A stretch of DNA of 25,920 nucleotides. Source: Longimicrobiales bacterium. Its GTDB lineage: Bacteria > Gemmatimonadota > Gemmatimonadetes > Longimicrobiales > Gaopeijiaceae. Location: the NCBI GenBank assembly GCA_965197725.1, contig CBDANQ010000009.1, positions 1 to 25,920 of the forward strand. The letters are read 5' to 3'. The notes beneath the pieces are model-generated. The model ran no database searches and was not told where the DNA came from. It worked only from the letters and a program-made list of their open reading frames with translations. A program made the translations under genes and the position numbers. This document shows positions 24,102 through 25,920 of this stretch, one piece after another (the stretch's first letter is position 1; each line of letters begins with the position of its first letter).

Positions 24102-25319
24102 TAGTGTCGCGTCACTCATCGAATGTCGGATAGAGCCGAGCGAGCTTGATCCGTGCGTCGGGTGTGGTGAACTGCCAATTGACGCGTGCGTTCTTGTTGT
24201 CTCGGAAGGACTGCCACGCTTCGACCTCGCGTCGGACCACGTTGATGTCGTCGATTCTCCTGTCCAGACACTGCGTGCTGAGCACGTTCAACTCGATTTC
24301 GGCCACATTCAGCCAGCTTCCGTGCTTCGGGGTGTAGACGAAATCGAAGCGATCCCATAGCGCCTTGGCTTTGTCCGGGGCAAATGCCTCGTACAGCGAT
24401 CCCGGCACGTGGGTATTCAGGTTGTCCATGACCAGCGTGATCTTCTCCGCGCTTTCGTACTGGTCTGCGATCTCCTCAAGGAAATGGGCCCAGTCCCGCT
24501 TTGTTCTTCTTTCCGTGATCCTGACCATGCGCTTTCCGGCCAAGGGCTCGCTTGCGAGGAACACCGTGCATACACCGCAGCGCCTGTATTCGTAGTCGTG
24601 TCTGGCCACCCGTCCCGGCAACCCAGGAATCGGGACCCTCGTCTCGGCGATCAGTTGCTTGGGAGATTCGTCCATGCAGACCACGGGACGCAGGGGATCG
24701 AACGGTCGCTTGTAGACGTCCAACACCCTCTCCATATGAGCGACGAAACTGCTGTTGTGCTCCGGCGGAATCACCCATCCCTTCCGCCGCCAGGGCTTGA
24801 GTTCGTTTTTTTTAGAACGCGGCGGACGGTTTCGTGCGAGACGCTGTCGATGTAGCCGAGCTCGACGACTTGGTCCGCCAACAACCTCAGAGACCACCTC
24901 GCAAAGCCTTCCGGCGGGTCACTGCAACTCAGCGCCACCAGATGAGCTTCAAGGTCCCCGTCCGCTTTCTTCGCGTAGACGCGGCTCCCCTTCGTCCCGT
25001 TCAGGCACACCTCAAGACCGTCAACGACGAAGCGCCTCTTCACTCGATCGATCTTCCGCATGCTGATCTTCAGCACGCGGGCGATCTCTTCATTCGTCGA
25101 GCGCTCCGTCTGAAACTCGCCCGCATCACACCCCAGCAAGATCAGTGCGTTGAGAATTTTCTGGGATCTGTGCTTGCCCTTCGATGTGAGTGCGCCAAGA
25201 GCTTCGCGCTCCTCCTCGAGCAGCGTCACGACGTATTTCTTCATCTGCATTCCTCCCGCGTGGGAGATGCAGAGAAGATACGATCTATATTACGACACTA
25301 CAAGCATGACGTGACACTA
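24102..25319 (-). mobile_element. complete IS630-family insertion sequence
   Basis: Ends CTAGTGTCGCGTCA (24101-24114) and reverse complement CTAGTGTCACGTCA (25307-25320) with 1 mismatch; TA at both ends within CTAG; split transposase. Confidence 0.93.
24112..25250 (-). CDS. IS630 transposase (OrfA HTH + OrfB DDE joined by -1 frameshift)
   Basis: OrfA ...P.G.ARWSLRLLA...SHETVRR.LKK; OrfB KKNELKPW, VCMDE, DYEY.R.G, LVMDNLNTH, YTPKHGSWLN.AEIE; A8 run at 24806-24813. Confidence 0.93.
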
Positions 25320-25567
25320 GACGCTGGGGGCCGATCCGAAGGAGCCGCCTTCGCGTTCGGCTAGAGCCCCCGTATGCGCCGCACGACGACGGTCGGGATG
25401 TCGAGCTCGTCGTGCTCGATGAAGGCCGGCGAGCCCGGCCGGCCCGATCGCGTCGGCAATGCGCAGGCGCCCGGTCTAGAGGTTGCTCCAGCTTTCCCGC
25501 TCACGGCTATTTGGACATGTTTATCGTCTGTCGCTTCGGGTGCCGATGCCGGAGCCGTTACCCTCTC

Positions 25568-25920
25568 TGCCAACTTAGGTGAGACACGGAACGAGTAAAG
25601 AATTAGAGTAGGGCGAAGGCAGAGAAACCGAGGATGCTGGGACACCGAGAGAGAATGGAAGAGAATGGAATCGCCCCACTAACCTGGGAGGGTAAGCGAA
25701 GCGCGGCAGCTGCTCCGGACGCGGAGGTGGTAGATAAGCCGACGCGCCGACGGTTTAGTCCGTCGTACAAGCTGCGGGTCGTCGAAGAAGCGGACCGGTG
25801 CACGGAGCCGGGAGAGGTAGGGCGACTCCTGCGACGGGAGGGCTTGTACTCGTCGCACCTGACGACATGGCGCAAGGCGGTGCGGAGTGGGTCGCTGAGA
25901 GTGCTGTCGAAGAGACGAGG
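25568..25920 (+). mobile_element. left end of an IS3-like insertion sequence (partial)
   Basis: Candidate left IR starting TG (TGCCAACTTAGGTGAGACAC, 25568-25587) followed by an OrfA-like ORF; partner IR lies outside the window. Confidence 0.65.
25634..25920 (+). CDS. IS3-like transposase OrfA (HTH), runs off the window
   Basis: PDAEVVDKPTRRRFSPSYKLRVVEEADRC...GEVGRLLRREGLYSSHLTTWRK; not in the ORF track because the stop is outside the window. Confidence 0.85.
   Translation, partial: MLGHRERMEENGIAPLTWEGKRSAAAAPDAEVVDKPTRRRFSPSYKLRVVEEADRCTEPGEVGRLLRREGLYSSHLTTWRKAVRSGSLRVLSKRR

Noticed and set aside
25361..25425. DELDIPT resembling the FtsZ C-terminal peptide
   Set aside because: Match is too short, lacks the FLR ending, and there is no other FtsZ sequence
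1..25920. CRISPR array, tRNA/rRNA, riboswitch or defence system
   Set aside because: No regularly spaced repeats, no recognisable RNA gene and no defence-type domains seen by eye; a covariance-model search was not possible

Overview
GC-rich bacterial chromosomal window. The gene content and style suggest Gemmatimonadota or similar, but this is an inference. From left to right: (1) small hypothetical genes, an ICMT/LmtA-like membrane methyltransferase and a lipoprotein. (2) A minus-strand, divergent PaaABCD-like di-iron (ring-epoxidase-type) operon: paaA-like, DUF59/PaaD N-domain, a 41-codon coupled ORF, paaB-like, paaC-like and a stand-alone PaaD-type Zn-ribbon. It has its own near-consensus sigma70 promoter and a perfect palindromic operator. 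It is preceded by a second DUF59/SufT gene and a degenerate PP2C/SpoIIE domain. No reductase, CoA ligase or ring-cleavage genes occur in the window. (3) A decayed M24 peptidase, a Tat-exported glycosylasparaginase-like Ntn hydrolase, a Zn-ribbon protein, pfkA, a TauD/TfdA dioxygenase and an exported DinB protein. (4) A long minus-strand run: BMP/CUT2 nucleoside-type ABC transporter, large exported PIG-L deacetylase, unannotated 49-aa membrane protein, sodium:solute symporter and DoxX. (5) An NSS/LeuT-family transporter, a complete IS630 element with a -1 frameshift site, and the left end of an IS3-like element. No rRNA, tRNA or CRISPR array was seen. All family calls come from motif recognition by eye, not database searches.
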